In this document: piece after piece, positions 9,491 through 19,214 of the stretch | Position numbering within the stretch: position 1 is the stretch's first letter | Layout of the letters: each line of letters begins with the position of its first letter | Source: Marinicella sp. | GTDB taxonomy: Bacteria > Pseudomonadota > Gammaproteobacteria > Xanthomonadales > Marinicellaceae | DNA: 64,000 bases | NCBI GenBank assembly: GCA_965230295.1 | Contig: OZ246001.1 | Location: 2,048,001-2,112,000, forward strand | Reading direction: 5' to 3' | The notes under the pieces: model-generated | The model's input: only the letters and a program-made list of their open reading frames with translations | Database searches by the model: none | What the model was told of the DNA's origin: nothing | Made by a program: the position numbers and the translations under genes

Positions 9491-10486
9491 TCACTTCACG
9501 GTGATGGCTTGACCGTCTTGGAGCCTTTCGCGGCCGCCGATGATGACTTGCCAATCAGGCGTCACTTGCAGGGCCACGGGTCGGCCTTCTTGTGCACCTT
9601 CAAGCGGCATGAATTGGGCTCGTCCATTGTTGGCAATAAATACACCCAGCTGGCCTTGACGTTTGACCACCAAATCAGCTGATAGCAGTTGACCTTTGAG
9701 GTACCAAACCAACTGACCTGTCTGGCCAATCATGACGTTCTCAAGGGGTCTCAAGCGGGCCGTTTGCATGGCAGTCTGTTGTTCAATCACTGGGCTTAGG
9801 CGAATCAATTCAACCGGTACTTCCCTGTCCTTACTTTTGAACAGTGTGCGATCTGCCTGCGCCAACTGGCTGGCCAGGTGACTTGGGATTTTGGCATGGA
9901 CTTGAGGGTCTGTCTGTTGTGCCACTTTAAACATGGCCGCACCGATCACCAACAACTGTCCTTGTTGAGCTTGTCGCGCTGTGATGATGCCATCAAAAGG
10001 GGCTTTGATCTGGGTTTTTTCAGCTTTTCTGGCGGCAGATTTTTCAGCCACTTTGAAGCGCAATAAATCAGCCCTTAAAACCGCCACATCGGTTTCTCTG
10101 GCCAATAAGTCATCAGCGGAGATGTATTGACTTTGTTTCAATTCTCTGGCGCGTTTCAGACGCAATTCTGCTTGGGCCAAACGTGCTTTGGCCGCTTGGG
10201 TATTGGCTTTGGCTTGATCCAATTCTAAATTGACATCCACCACATCCATGCTGAGTAACAGTTCGCCTTGTTTAACGGCATCACCCACATCGACATGGAT
10301 GTTTGATACCACAGCGGAAATTTCTGCTGACAGTTGGCTGTCATTGAGTGCCACCAATTCGGCGTTGGCTGATAAACGGCGTTCAATCAGAACGTCTGAT
10401 AAAGGTTTTACAGTGACTGGAATGGTGGCGATTTCTTGCTGAGCATTCACTGCAAAGCTGAACATGAATAATAAAAGTAAACGCAC
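9491..10486 (-). CDS. RND periplasmic adaptor (membrane fusion protein)
   Basis: VDVGDAVKQGELL lipoyl motif, coiled coil, IKAPFDGII; immediately upstream of the RND gene. Confidence 0.9.
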   Translation of the reverse strand: MRLLLLFMFSFAVNAQQEIATIPVTVKPLSDVLIERRLSANAELVALNDSQLSAEISAVVSNIHVDVGDAVKQGELLLSMDVVDVNLELDQAKANTQAAKARLAQAELRLKRARELKQSQYISADDLLARETDVAVLRADLLRFKVAEKSAARKAEKTQIKAPFDGIITARQAQQGQLLVIGAAMFKVAQQTDPQVHAKIPSHLASQLAQADRTLFKSKDREVPVELIRLSPVIEQQTAMQTARLRPLENVMIGQTGQLVWYLKGQLLSADLVVKRQGQLGVFIANNGRAQFMPLEGAQEGRPVALQVTPDWQVIIGGRERLQDGQAITVK

Positions 10487-10625
10487 TGTGTGTTCTCCGG
10501 GGGTTGATGGGTAAAACAGTCTTTGGTGTCCAATAAGTGCGTACTATTTTAATGTATTTAGGTGTATTTAGGGTTAATCCTTATAGGGAAGAACCCATTT
10601 TTTTTAATCAAAATTCCGATGGTGG

Positions 10626-11801
10626 CTAATTTTTCAATTGTAAACGGTTGCGGCCTTTTTTCTTGGCGGTATAAAGGGCTTGGTCAGCCGTTTTGATGGT
10701 TTCAGCGGTATGGGTTTTGTGGATCGAATCGGTCAGTCCTATGGAGATGGTGACTTTCACTGGTTTAGGCTTTTGGCCTTTGCGTCGATTCACAATAAAG
10801 GGTGTATTCGCGACATCATCAATGACCGCTTGCAGGTGGTCTCTGATTTCATCGGCACTGTGGTTATTGAATACGATGGTAAACTCTTCGCCGCCATATC
10901 GATAGGCATGTCCGCCACCACCAACGGCACCAATTTTCGCGGCGATCATCCGCAGCACATCATCTCCCACATCGTGACCGTAGGTGTCGTTAAATTTTTT
11001 GAAATGATCAACATCGACCATGGCCAAGGCATAAATGCCTAAACTGCGTTGTAACTTTTCTTCAAGGGCTCTGCGACCAGGCAAGGCAGTTAATTCATCG
11101 ACATAAGCCAAATGCCAGGCATTCTGCAAAGCACTGAGTAACAAGATTAACAATCCACTGCTGGCTGCCAGTATGGCGAGTATCTGGTCTGTCGTAGTGA
11201 CTAGAACCAATAAGGTCAATGCCGAAATGATCCCATTGAATGAACGCCGTTGCTGTTTCAGGATCAGCATGACCAGTAACCCCAGCAGTGCCACCAGCCA
11301 AAACAGCAAGCCCAATTGTGCTATTTCAGGGTTGGGTAAACGGATGGGATCAACCCATTGGGTGGCCAGCCATGGCATGAGCCATTCGGGTTGTCGAGCA
11401 TTTAAGCCTATAGCAAAACCCAACAATGACAGGCATGTCAGATGAATTGACCAGGCTGCCCAAGTAAACAATCCCCTTTCAGGCAGCCATTTGATTGCCA
11501 CAATGAGGCCACATCCGCCCAATAACAAGAGGTTCAGAGTCAACGATTCCCAGCCGTTTTGGTGACCTATCCATGCCGCCATCACAACCAAACCTGAATA
11601 AAACAAGTGCGCGGTGTTGAAATACAAAGCCACCACCAGCAATGAAAAGCCGATGAAGTAGGGCAGAAAGGGGGCCATTTGTTGTACAGCTGAAGGCAGT
11701 TTGGAAAAATAAAAGTAGCCGATCACCGACAGGCCGATGATAAAAAAGGCAGGGGTTATGATTTTCAGTAATTTCAAAAGCTGGTAGCCGTTAACGTGCA
11801 A
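10626..11801 (-). CDS. Membrane-bound diguanylate cyclase
   Basis: Multiple TM helices, DVDHFKKFNDTYGH, RYGGEEF; start uncertain. Confidence 0.9.
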   Translation of the reverse strand: MHVNGYQLLKLLKIITPAFFIIGLSVIGYFYFSKLPSAVQQMAPFLPYFIGFSLLVVALYFNTAHLFYSGLVVMAAWIGHQNGWESLTLNLLLLGGCGLIVAIKWLPERGLFTWAAWSIHLTCLSLLGFAIGLNARQPEWLMPWLATQWVDPIRLPNPEIAQLGLLFWLVALLGLLVMLILKQQRRSFNGIISALTLLVLVTTTDQILAILAASSGLLILLLSALQNAWHLAYVDELTALPGRRALEEKLQRSLGIYALAMVDVDHFKKFNDTYGHDVGDDVLRMIAAKIGAVGGGGHAYRYGGEEFTIVFNNHSADEIRDHLQAVIDDVANTPFIVNRRKGQKPKPVKVTISIGLTDSIHKTHTAETIKTADQALYTAKKKGRNRLQLKN

Positions 11802-11852
11802 TCAATGATAAACACTGTGTGTTGAAAATGCTATGATTACTGATGAGCAAAA

Positions 11853-12365
11853 GTGGAACTCAGCATGGTTAAAGAGATTTCAGATAAACAGATTGGAGGC
11901 TGTGATTGTGGACATGTGCGTTATCAAGTGAATCGTCAGCCCATCTATGTTCATTGCTGTCACTGCAGTTGGTGTCAGCGTGAATCAGGAGCCGCCTTTG
12001 CCTTGAATGCCATGGTGGAAAGCAGCGAAGTGGCGTTGTTGGCCGGGTCGCCTGTGTTGATCGATACGCCATCACCCAGTGGACGCGGACAAAAAATAGC
12101 CCGTTGCCCCCAATGTCAGGTTGCTGTTTGGAGTCATTATTCTGGTTTGGGAGAGTTACTCAGTTTTATCAAAGTGGGCACACTTGATGATGTCAACAAC
12201 ATGCCACCAGACATTCATATTTTTACTTCAACCAAGCAGGATTGGTTGGTAATACCTGATGATGGGACACCTGTTTATGAAAAATATTATGATCGAAAAG
12301 CGCTGTGGAATGAAGACCAGTTGCGACGATTTGATGACCTGCTGGAGCTGAAAAATGAAGGGTGA
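11853..12365 (+). CDS. GFA family Zn-binding protein
   Basis: GGCDCG, CHCSWCQR, CPQC. Confidence 0.88.
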   Translation: MELSMVKEISDKQIGGCDCGHVRYQVNRQPIYVHCCHCSWCQRESGAAFALNAMVESSEVALLAGSPVLIDTPSPSGRGQKIARCPQCQVAVWSHYSGLGELLSFIKVGTLDDVNNMPPDIHIFTSTKQDWLVIPDDGTPVYEKYYDRKALWNEDQLRRFDDLLELKNEG

Positions 12366-12369
12366 TTTG

Positions 12370-12705
12370 ATGCCAGAACGCCTAACCCCTGGACATGCTT
12401 TACGGCGCGTCCAGCAACACAAGCAGCCATTCATTGAGTTGTTCCAACACGGAACATTGGTGGTGGAAATGTATCAACCAGACAAAGTGGATTTACAACA
12501 GCCACACACGCGTGATGAATTGTATGTGGTGGTTGCAGGCAGTGGTTGGTTTGTTAACGGGTCGACCCGAAAACCATTTGAACCCGGCGAAGTGTTGTTT
12601 GTGCCTGCCGGTGTTGAGCATCGTTTTGAGGATTTTACCGATGACTTTGCCACATGGGTTATTTTTTATGGTCCTGAAGGGGGCGAGGCCGGATCAGAAA
12701 AATGA
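12370..12705 (+). CDS. Cupin domain protein
   Basis: QQPHTRDELY, PAGVEHRF. Confidence 0.85.
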   Translation: MPERLTPGHALRRVQQHKQPFIELFQHGTLVVEMYQPDKVDLQQPHTRDELYVVVAGSGWFVNGSTRKPFEPGEVLFVPAGVEHRFEDFTDDFATWVIFYGPEGGEAGSEK

Positions 12706-13154
12706 ACATCAGACTGGCCAATCAAGCTGATTTGTCTGCCTGGGTGGCGATGCGCAGCCAGTTATGGCCTGACAGCACCGATCAACATGAAGATGAAATT
12801 AAACAATATTTTGCTGGTACATCAGTCGATATTGTCAGTTGCTATGTGGTTGATGATGGCTGCGGTGAGCTGTGTGGGTTTGTGGAATTGAACATCAGGA
12901 ATTTTGCTGAAGGCAGTCGTTGTCCAAAAGTGCCTTATGTGGAAGGATGGTACATTGTGCCACAGCATCAAAATCGTGGTTTAGGCAAACAGTTGATGCA
13001 ACAAGCAGAACAATGGGCCTTGCAGCAAGGCTATCAAGAATTGGCCAGTGATACGGAATTAGACAATAACAAGAGTATTGCCATCCATAAGCAACTGGGT
13101 TTCACCGAGACGGAACGGGTGGTGTGTTTTTTAAAAAAACTGGACCATCAGTAA
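12702..13154 (+). CDS. GNAT acetyltransferase, AAC(6')-I-like
   Basis: MRSQLWP, YVEGWYI, ELASDTELDN, LGFTETERVVCF; substrate not provable from sequence. Confidence 0.75.
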   Translation: MNIRLANQADLSAWVAMRSQLWPDSTDQHEDEIKQYFAGTSVDIVSCYVVDDGCGELCGFVELNIRNFAEGSRCPKVPYVEGWYIVPQHQNRGLGKQLMQQAEQWALQQGYQELASDTELDNNKSIAIHKQLGFTETERVVCFLKKLDHQ

Positions 13155-13187
13155 ACAACGAAACAAGGTAAAAAAGAGGATATTTCG

Positions 13188-14519
13188 ATGAAGAAAACAA
13201 TGACATTATTGATGATCCTGTTGTGGAATTTATCAGTCCAGGCAGCAGACATCAAAGCTTTGGTGGGTGGTATGTTGATTGATGGTTTCAAAGACCACCC
13301 GATCCACAATTCTGTGGTGATTATCCAGGGCAAGAAGATCGTTGCTGTGGGTGAAATGGGCGATGTTGAAATCCCGGCAGGTGCTGAGGTCATATCAACT
13401 GAAGGCATGACCGTGTTACCTGGCTTGTGGGACATGCATGTTCACCTTCAAATCAATGGGCACGCTGATTACACCCATTGGCACAGCACCTATCCCGACC
13501 GTTTTGAAAAAGAAATCATGCCCGCATCAGCCCACCAATTGTTGATGGCGGGAGTCACCACAGCTCGCGACTTGGGTGCGCCTTTAGAAACCATCATCAA
13601 TGTTCGTGATGCCATCAATCGTGGCGAAATTCCTGGCCCAACCATGTATGTATCCGGCCCATTTATCCAGAAAAAGCCTTATCCTGGTACAGAACTTTAC
13701 CGGTGGGGGGTCGACGGGCCCAGAGATGCCCGGGCCAAAGTCAAAAAACTGGCCGATGCCGGGGTTGATGTGATCAAACTGATTGATCAGGACCAAATGA
13801 CTGAAGCTGAATTGATGGCTGTTGTTGATGAGGCACATAAAAACAATTTGCCGGTGGTGGCCCATGCCCATCGGCCTAAAGAGATTTTATTGGGGCTCAA
13901 AGCAGGCGTGGACAATTTTGAGCACACCGGATTATCCACCGCACCAGAATACCCGCCTGAAGTGATGGCCGGCTTGCGTGAACGAGCCGCTCAAATGAAC
14001 ATTGGGCCATTATTCTGGACACCTACGGTTGAAGGCTTGTTCAATTATGATTATGTCAAAAACAACACCGAAAAGCTGGACAATGACAGTTGGCATTTGG
14101 ATTTGCCACAAGACATCATCGATGACATCAAATCATCCATCACCCATCCAGAGCGCTTGCCATATTTTCAAATCACCAGTAAACGCAAACCCACCTTGAA
14201 AAGAAAAATTCGCCAATTGATAGATGCCGGTGTCGTGTTAATGATTGGGACAGACAGTGGCATACCTTTGAAATTTCACAGCCAATCGACCTGGAATGAG
14301 TTGGACATTTGGGTCAGGGAAATGGGTATCTCCCCCATGGATGCCATTCGAGGTGCGACTTATTGGCCTTCGGTGATGATGAAAAAAAGTCATGAAGTGG
14401 GCACCATAACGCCGGGTAAAAATGCGGACGTCATTGCGGTGAAAGGCGATGTTCTGCGTTACATCAACTTGTTACAGAGGGTTGATATGGTTTTTAAACA
14501 TGGCAAAAGGGTCAAGTAA
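13188..14519 (+). CDS. Secreted amidohydrolase (Xaa-Pro dipeptidase-like)
   Basis: Signal peptide; PGLWDMHVH, AHAH, EH, GTDSG. Confidence 0.88.
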   Translation: MKKTMTLLMILLWNLSVQAADIKALVGGMLIDGFKDHPIHNSVVIIQGKKIVAVGEMGDVEIPAGAEVISTEGMTVLPGLWDMHVHLQINGHADYTHWHSTYPDRFEKEIMPASAHQLLMAGVTTARDLGAPLETIINVRDAINRGEIPGPTMYVSGPFIQKKPYPGTELYRWGVDGPRDARAKVKKLADAGVDVIKLIDQDQMTEAELMAVVDEAHKNNLPVVAHAHRPKEILLGLKAGVDNFEHTGLSTAPEYPPEVMAGLRERAAQMNIGPLFWTPTVEGLFNYDYVKNNTEKLDNDSWHLDLPQDIIDDIKSSITHPERLPYFQITSKRKPTLKRKIRQLIDAGVVLMIGTDSGIPLKFHSQSTWNELDIWVREMGISPMDAIRGATYWPSVMMKKSHEVGTITPGKNADVIAVKGDVLRYINLLQRVDMVFKHGKRVK

Positions 14520-14521
14520 GC

Positions 14522-14792
14522 TAGGGCCTGTTAACACTAAATAAATGACGACTGTTATGACTGAAAACATCACTATCAAGGCGCGAATCGCGTGATTTGG
14601 CATGCCAATTGAGTGATGAGCAACGCAGGATGTGGTGTTTTCAGCCTTAACCCATCGGGCTGGACCGTATTTTCCACCCACCGGCCTTAGCCAATCGTTC
14701 ATGTGGAGTGACCACATATCACGATGGGTGGCGTTGTTGGCTGAAAAATACGGTTTCAGCAGTGGCCATTTATTTAGTGTTAACAGGCCCTA
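14522..14792. mobile_element. MITE-like non-autonomous element
   Basis: 26-bp perfect terminal inverted repeat TAGGGCCTGTTAACACTAAATAAATG (14522-14547 / 14767-14792); no transposase inside. Confidence 0.8.
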
Positions 14793-15017
14793 ATAACAGA
14801 AATAGTCAATTTAAAAGAAACAGAAGCACACCTACAAAGAGCCTAAGTCCTGTTGTGATGCAACGGCTGGTCTGGTCATGAACATGTGTTAACCCCCTCC
14901 CTGTGATAAAAATGTGAGAATTTCTCCACGAAATATTCATATTTGAGTTTGTATAATTTTTGCACTTTTCAATAATTATAGGCCACAAAGACCTATCTAA
15001 ATCGTGAGAACACAACA

Positions 15018-15350
15018 ATGGTAAAAAATAAATTCATCAAATATGGACTCATCAGCCTGGCTGTTTTGTCATTTCAACTTGGGGCACAAACCACCAAATC
15101 AGATCAACCCATAACACCAAAATCCCAACAAGAAATTGATGCTGTCAATCAATCACAAGCTAATTTCGAAGTTGTTAAGCACAGCGATGGCAGTGAGTCC
15201 GTGGATTTAAAAGGGCGCTTTCAAATGTATTCAGTGGCCAAAGTGGTCAACGGTGAAGTGGTTTACAGCTGTCAAAACCATGATCAGTTGGGACCCAACC
15301 ACAGCCATGCTCAAACAAAATCACCAGCTGCTAAGCGAGGTGAACAATGA
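15018..15350 (+). CDS. Small secreted protein (post-PEP-CTERM-1-like domain)
   Basis: Signal peptide; HSDGSESVDLKGRFQMYSVA motif recalled from that family; overlaps next gene. Confidence 0.55.
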   Translation: MVKNKFIKYGLISLAVLSFQLGAQTTKSDQPITPKSQQEIDAVNQSQANFEVVKHSDGSESVDLKGRFQMYSVAKVVNGEVVYSCQNHDQLGPNHSHAQTKSPAAKRGEQ

Positions 15351-16747
15351 GTATCGGGAACAAAAAACCAGTCCTATTGATGCTGCTTTTGCTGTGCAGC
15401 ATGCAAACATTAAGCCAAACCACCATCACCATATTGAATACAGATGGGGCAGGTGAAGGTTTCAATGATCCCACACCTGTCGCACCGATCGGCGGTAACT
15501 CAGGCACCACTTTGGGCGAACAAAGGTTGATTGCATTTCAGTTTGCAGCAGACATATGGGAAACCTTTCTGGACAGTGATGTGGAGATCATTGTCAGTGC
15601 TGGTTTTAATCCGCTGACTTGTGATCAGAACGGGGCGGTCTTGGGTTCAGCGGGTGCCACCTCAGTGCATGCTGATTTTGCCAATGCACCGCTTGCTGAC
15701 ACCTGGTACAACGGATCTTTGGCCAGTGCCTTGTCCGGATCTGACATCAATGGTGGACAAGCAGAAATCAATTCACAGTTCAACTCTTCTTTAGACACTG
15801 GATGCTTGAACAATGGTTGGTATTATGGCTTGGATGGTGCAACACCTGCCGGTTTCACGGCCTTCTTACCCGTGGTGTTACATGAAATGGGTCATGGTCT
15901 GGGGTTCCAGACTTTCACCAATGGCACTACAGGTGCCTTTGTTAGCGGTAGACCCGATGTTTGGACTCGCTTCATGCAGGACCTCTCTACCGGCGAATTT
16001 TGGGATGACATGACCAATGGTGAGCGCGTAACATCAGCCGTCAATGACCCCAATTTGGTGTGGACTGGACCCAATGTAACTGCCGAATTTCCCAATGTAT
16101 TGGGCAATCCTGCGGTGTTAACTGTCAACTCTCCAGGCGCTATTGCCGGTGACTATACAGTACAAACAGCCAGTTTTGGTCCGAGTATTCCAACTCAGGG
16201 ACTCACTGCAGATGTGATCCTGGCAGATGACGGAACCGCCCCTGATGTCAACGATGCATGCCAACCCATCAACACTGACTTGACCGGCGCCATTGCCATT
16301 GTTAACCGAGGCAGTTGTAACTTTACAGTGAAAGTCATCAATGCTCAAAATGCGGGTGCTGTCGGTGTATTGGTCGCCAACAATGTGTCACCAGGTTTGC
16401 CGCCCATGGGTGGTTCTGACAACTCAGTGACCATCCCCTCGGTGGGTATTTCACTGGATGATGGCGCCTTGATCACCACCAACTTACCAGGGGTCAATGC
16501 AACTTTGGGTTATGATGATGCTACGTTTGCTGGCACCAATGGTGGGTTTGTGCGTTTGTTTGCGCCCAACCCGTTTCAACAAGGTTCATCGGTTTCGCAT
16601 TGGACCACAGATGCCAACCCGAATTTGTTGATGGAGCCAAGCATCACACCAACTATTTTCGACAAGATTGACCTGACCTTACAACTGTTCCAGGACATTG
16701 GTTGGCCAACCCTCGATGATTTGATTTTTGCTGATGATTTTGAATAG
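15347..16747 (+). CDS. Secreted zinc metallopeptidase with inserted PA domain
   Basis: HEMGHGLGF, PA domain (RGSCNFTVKVINAQNAGA), SHW, LMEP; ends DDLIFADDFE. Confidence 0.85.
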   Translation: MSIGNKKPVLLMLLLLCSMQTLSQTTITILNTDGAGEGFNDPTPVAPIGGNSGTTLGEQRLIAFQFAADIWETFLDSDVEIIVSAGFNPLTCDQNGAVLGSAGATSVHADFANAPLADTWYNGSLASALSGSDINGGQAEINSQFNSSLDTGCLNNGWYYGLDGATPAGFTAFLPVVLHEMGHGLGFQTFTNGTTGAFVSGRPDVWTRFMQDLSTGEFWDDMTNGERVTSAVNDPNLVWTGPNVTAEFPNVLGNPAVLTVNSPGAIAGDYTVQTASFGPSIPTQGLTADVILADDGTAPDVNDACQPINTDLTGAIAIVNRGSCNFTVKVINAQNAGAVGVLVANNVSPGLPPMGGSDNSVTIPSVGISLDDGALITTNLPGVNATLGYDDATFAGTNGGFVRLFAPNPFQQGSSVSHWTTDANPNLLMEPSITPTIFDKIDLTLQLFQDIGWPTLDDLIFADDFE

Positions 16748-16770
16748 GTAATCAGCAGTACGCCAATCTG

Positions 16771-16800
16771 AAAAAGCCAGGTCAAAGCCTGGCTTTTTTT
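16771..16800. terminator. Bidirectional intrinsic terminator
   Basis: AAAAAGCCAGG-TCAAAG-CCTGGCTTTTTTT between convergent genes. Confidence 0.8.
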
Positions 16801-16826
16801 GGATAAGGGTGGTGTACCTGACCGGT

Positions 16827-17744
16827 TCAATCAAAGCCGGTTTTGAAGATCACATCCCAGCGGTAATCACTGAGGTAATAGATGGCATTCAGGAGTATTT
16901 GCAGGTTGTTACCACTGGTGGCTGTTGGTTGGTGTTCACCGGGTTGATAAACCATCACTTTGGAATTCCAACTTGGGCATTGTTTGGTGTAGCCTAATAA
17001 GTGTTGGTTACCGTTGTCACTGTAATTACTTTGAAACAGGTTTTCAATGTCACACCCTGCATTGCCCGCATTGAAATCCATTTGTGGGTAACGTTCATCA
17101 GGTGTGTTGTTGAAGAAGGGGTAATTATCAGTGGTGATGCCATGCGCGGGATTGTTATAAGTGGTGGTGCCGTCGTAATTGATCTGGTGACTGCCAATAA
17201 AATGATCATCACCCACATAAATCACATCCTGGCCATTGACGGTATCCCAGGGAACTGATCCTGTGGCTTGTGAACCCAAAAGGTTTTGAACGGGTTGTTT
17301 ACCGTTGGTCAAATAAATACCATGATGAAAACTGATCACGCCCCCACCGGTTTGTAAAAACTGTTCAACCGCTGTCACAAAATCGGCTTGTCTGCCACTG
17401 GCGTTGTTACCATTGTTGGGAATGCGGTGGGCAAAGTAAATCAGGATTTCTGGGCGGCTGGTATCGGTGCTCGGTAAGTTCAACAAGGCTGTCGCCTGTT
17501 CAATACTGTTGGTATCAATTTCTACCACACTGCTGGTATTCAGCGCTGCTGTGTTGTTCAGGGTTTGTGACAGGTCACCCGGTTGCATCAGATCAGCATC
17601 CGGCAATCCATGCGGATTCACTTCATCTGAAACGATCAAAATATCAATGGGATCATGTGCAGGTAGGGATTGCCCTTGTAAAAGCCAAGGCATAAGCAAC
17701 AGCCACAGAATAAAAACCTTTTCCATCCATTTATTGTAGGCCAT
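16827..17744 (-). CDS. Secreted ThuA-like/class I glutamine amidotransferase-fold protein
   Basis: Signal peptide; GGGVISFHHG, DERY, YQPGEH; ends DVIFKTGFD. Confidence 0.6.
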   Translation of the reverse strand: MAYNKWMEKVFILWLLLMPWLLQGQSLPAHDPIDILIVSDEVNPHGLPDADLMQPGDLSQTLNNTAALNTSSVVEIDTNSIEQATALLNLPSTDTSRPEILIYFAHRIPNNGNNASGRQADFVTAVEQFLQTGGGVISFHHGIYLTNGKQPVQNLLGSQATGSVPWDTVNGQDVIYVGDDHFIGSHQINYDGTTTYNNPAHGITTDNYPFFNNTPDERYPQMDFNAGNAGCDIENLFQSNYSDNGNQHLLGYTKQCPSWNSKVMVYQPGEHQPTATSGNNLQILLNAIYYLSDYRWDVIFKTGFD

Positions 17745-18002
17745 TTGTTGATGAAGAACAGGATTTCATGAACAAAGTTTTGTGGTATTTTGTTTTATGT
17801 GTCCATAGTCACATTTATGTGCATTTACCCTTAATTGTGTAACCATTCGGGTTGTCATGCGTTTATAAAAGTGACCTTCGACTGATAGAATGTATAAGTA
17901 TCTTTACGCTCTCCTCTTCTACCTATACGTTTCATCAGTCAAAGGCCAAACCAGCGCGCCGGATTGGGAAGCTCTTCTCCTTCCTTAGGGCTTATGTCCA
18001 AA

Positions 18003-19214
18003 TCATTTCCTGATCTCGGCGCTTTGTTGGTGATAAACCAAGCCTTCGGCCTCTGCCAGCTTGGCTGCAATGTTGGCCAACACCCCACGGCCTGTTTCAT
18101 TGATTTTTTGGGTTGACAGTACTTTTAAAAATTGATGTACGCTCAAGCCACCAGAAAACTTACCGGCACCAGCGGTGGGTAGGGTGTGGTTCGGACCGGC
18201 ACAATAGTCGCCAAAGGCCACCGCTGAGTTTTCACCGATGAATAACGAGCCATAATTGGTAAACAGTGCGGTTTTCATCGAAGTGTCACAGACCATCAAA
18301 TGTTCTGGGGCGTAGTCATTGATGAAGTCTAAGGCCTGTTGTTGATCATCTGCCAATAACAACACGATGTTGCCATGAGCGAGCAATTCTTTACCCTTGT
18401 CATGTTCGGCCAACAGGTCGTAAAGATTTTCTAACAGGCTGTCAGTTTCACTGACCACAATACTGATCGCATGGGCGTCATGCTCGGCTTGCGCCAGTGC
18501 GTCAAACATCAACCATTCAGGCTGCTTGATTTGGTTGGCGTAGATCAACAGTTCACTGGGCCCAGCCAAGGTATCTATTTGGGTGCGGTGTTGAACCTGT
18601 GCTTTGGCTTGATTGACAAAGGCATTACCCGGCCCAACAATCATATTCACTGGTGGGGTTTGGTCAAAGCCGTAGGACAGAGCGCCAATGGCCTGGGCGC
18701 CGCCAATATGGATGAATTGAGTGGCACCTGCCAAAGAAGCAGCGGCCAATAATGCAGGATCATCAGAAGGCGAGCAGGCCACCCGCACTGGGCAACCAGC
18801 CACTTGTGCTGGAGTTAACGTCATCAATGCGGTTGAAATCAATGGAAACTGGCCACCGGGTATGTAAGCACCGATGCGTTCGATTGGCTGATACACGAAA
18901 CCAAAATCACCCATTTCGTCACTGAACTGGTCATTTTTTAAATCTTTGATCTGAAATTGGCAGAATTTTTTGATGCGTCGGTGGGCGCTTTGGATGGCGT
19001 CTTTCAATGACTGGTCTATCGGGTACTCATCAAAAGGCAGCAGTTCAATGTATTGAACATCTTGTTGGTCGATTTTTTGACTGATGGCTTGAACCGCCTT
19101 ATCACCATGGTTTTTGATTTTGTCTAAGATCTTGGCCACCGTGTCTTCAATTTTGCTTTGGTTTTTGAAAGCAGGGCGTTGGTAGTCTAGGGTGTTGGTG
19201 TATTTAGCGTTCAT
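18003..19214 (-). CDS. hisD: Histidinol dehydrogenase
   Basis: YIPGG, GPGNAFV, AGPSE, QAEHD, APEHL, GDYCAGPNHTLPT; ATG 19214 overlaps the upstream stop. Confidence 0.95.
   Translation of the reverse strand: MNAKYTNTLDYQRPAFKNQSKIEDTVAKILDKIKNHGDKAVQAISQKIDQQDVQYIELLPFDEYPIDQSLKDAIQSAHRRIKKFCQFQIKDLKNDQFSDEMGDFGFVYQPIERIGAYIPGGQFPLISTALMTLTPAQVAGCPVRVACSPSDDPALLAAASLAGATQFIHIGGAQAIGALSYGFDQTPPVNMIVGPGNAFVNQAKAQVQHRTQIDTLAGPSELLIYANQIKQPEWLMFDALAQAEHDAHAISIVVSETDSLLENLYDLLAEHDKGKELLAHGNIVLLLADDQQQALDFINDYAPEHLMVCDTSMKTALFTNYGSLFIGENSAVAFGDYCAGPNHTLPTAGAGKFSGGLSVHQFLKVLSTQKINETGRGVLANIAAKLAEAEGLVYHQQSAEIRK

Noticed and set aside
14472-14717. 81-aa ORF inside the MITE as a possible transposase
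   Set aside because: Too short, no DDE or HTH motif, and crosses the element end
17927-17940. CTGATGA on the minus strand (also near 3970 and 39725) suggesting a hammerhead ribozyme
   Set aside because: No stem II followed by GAAA, and no three-way junction can be built
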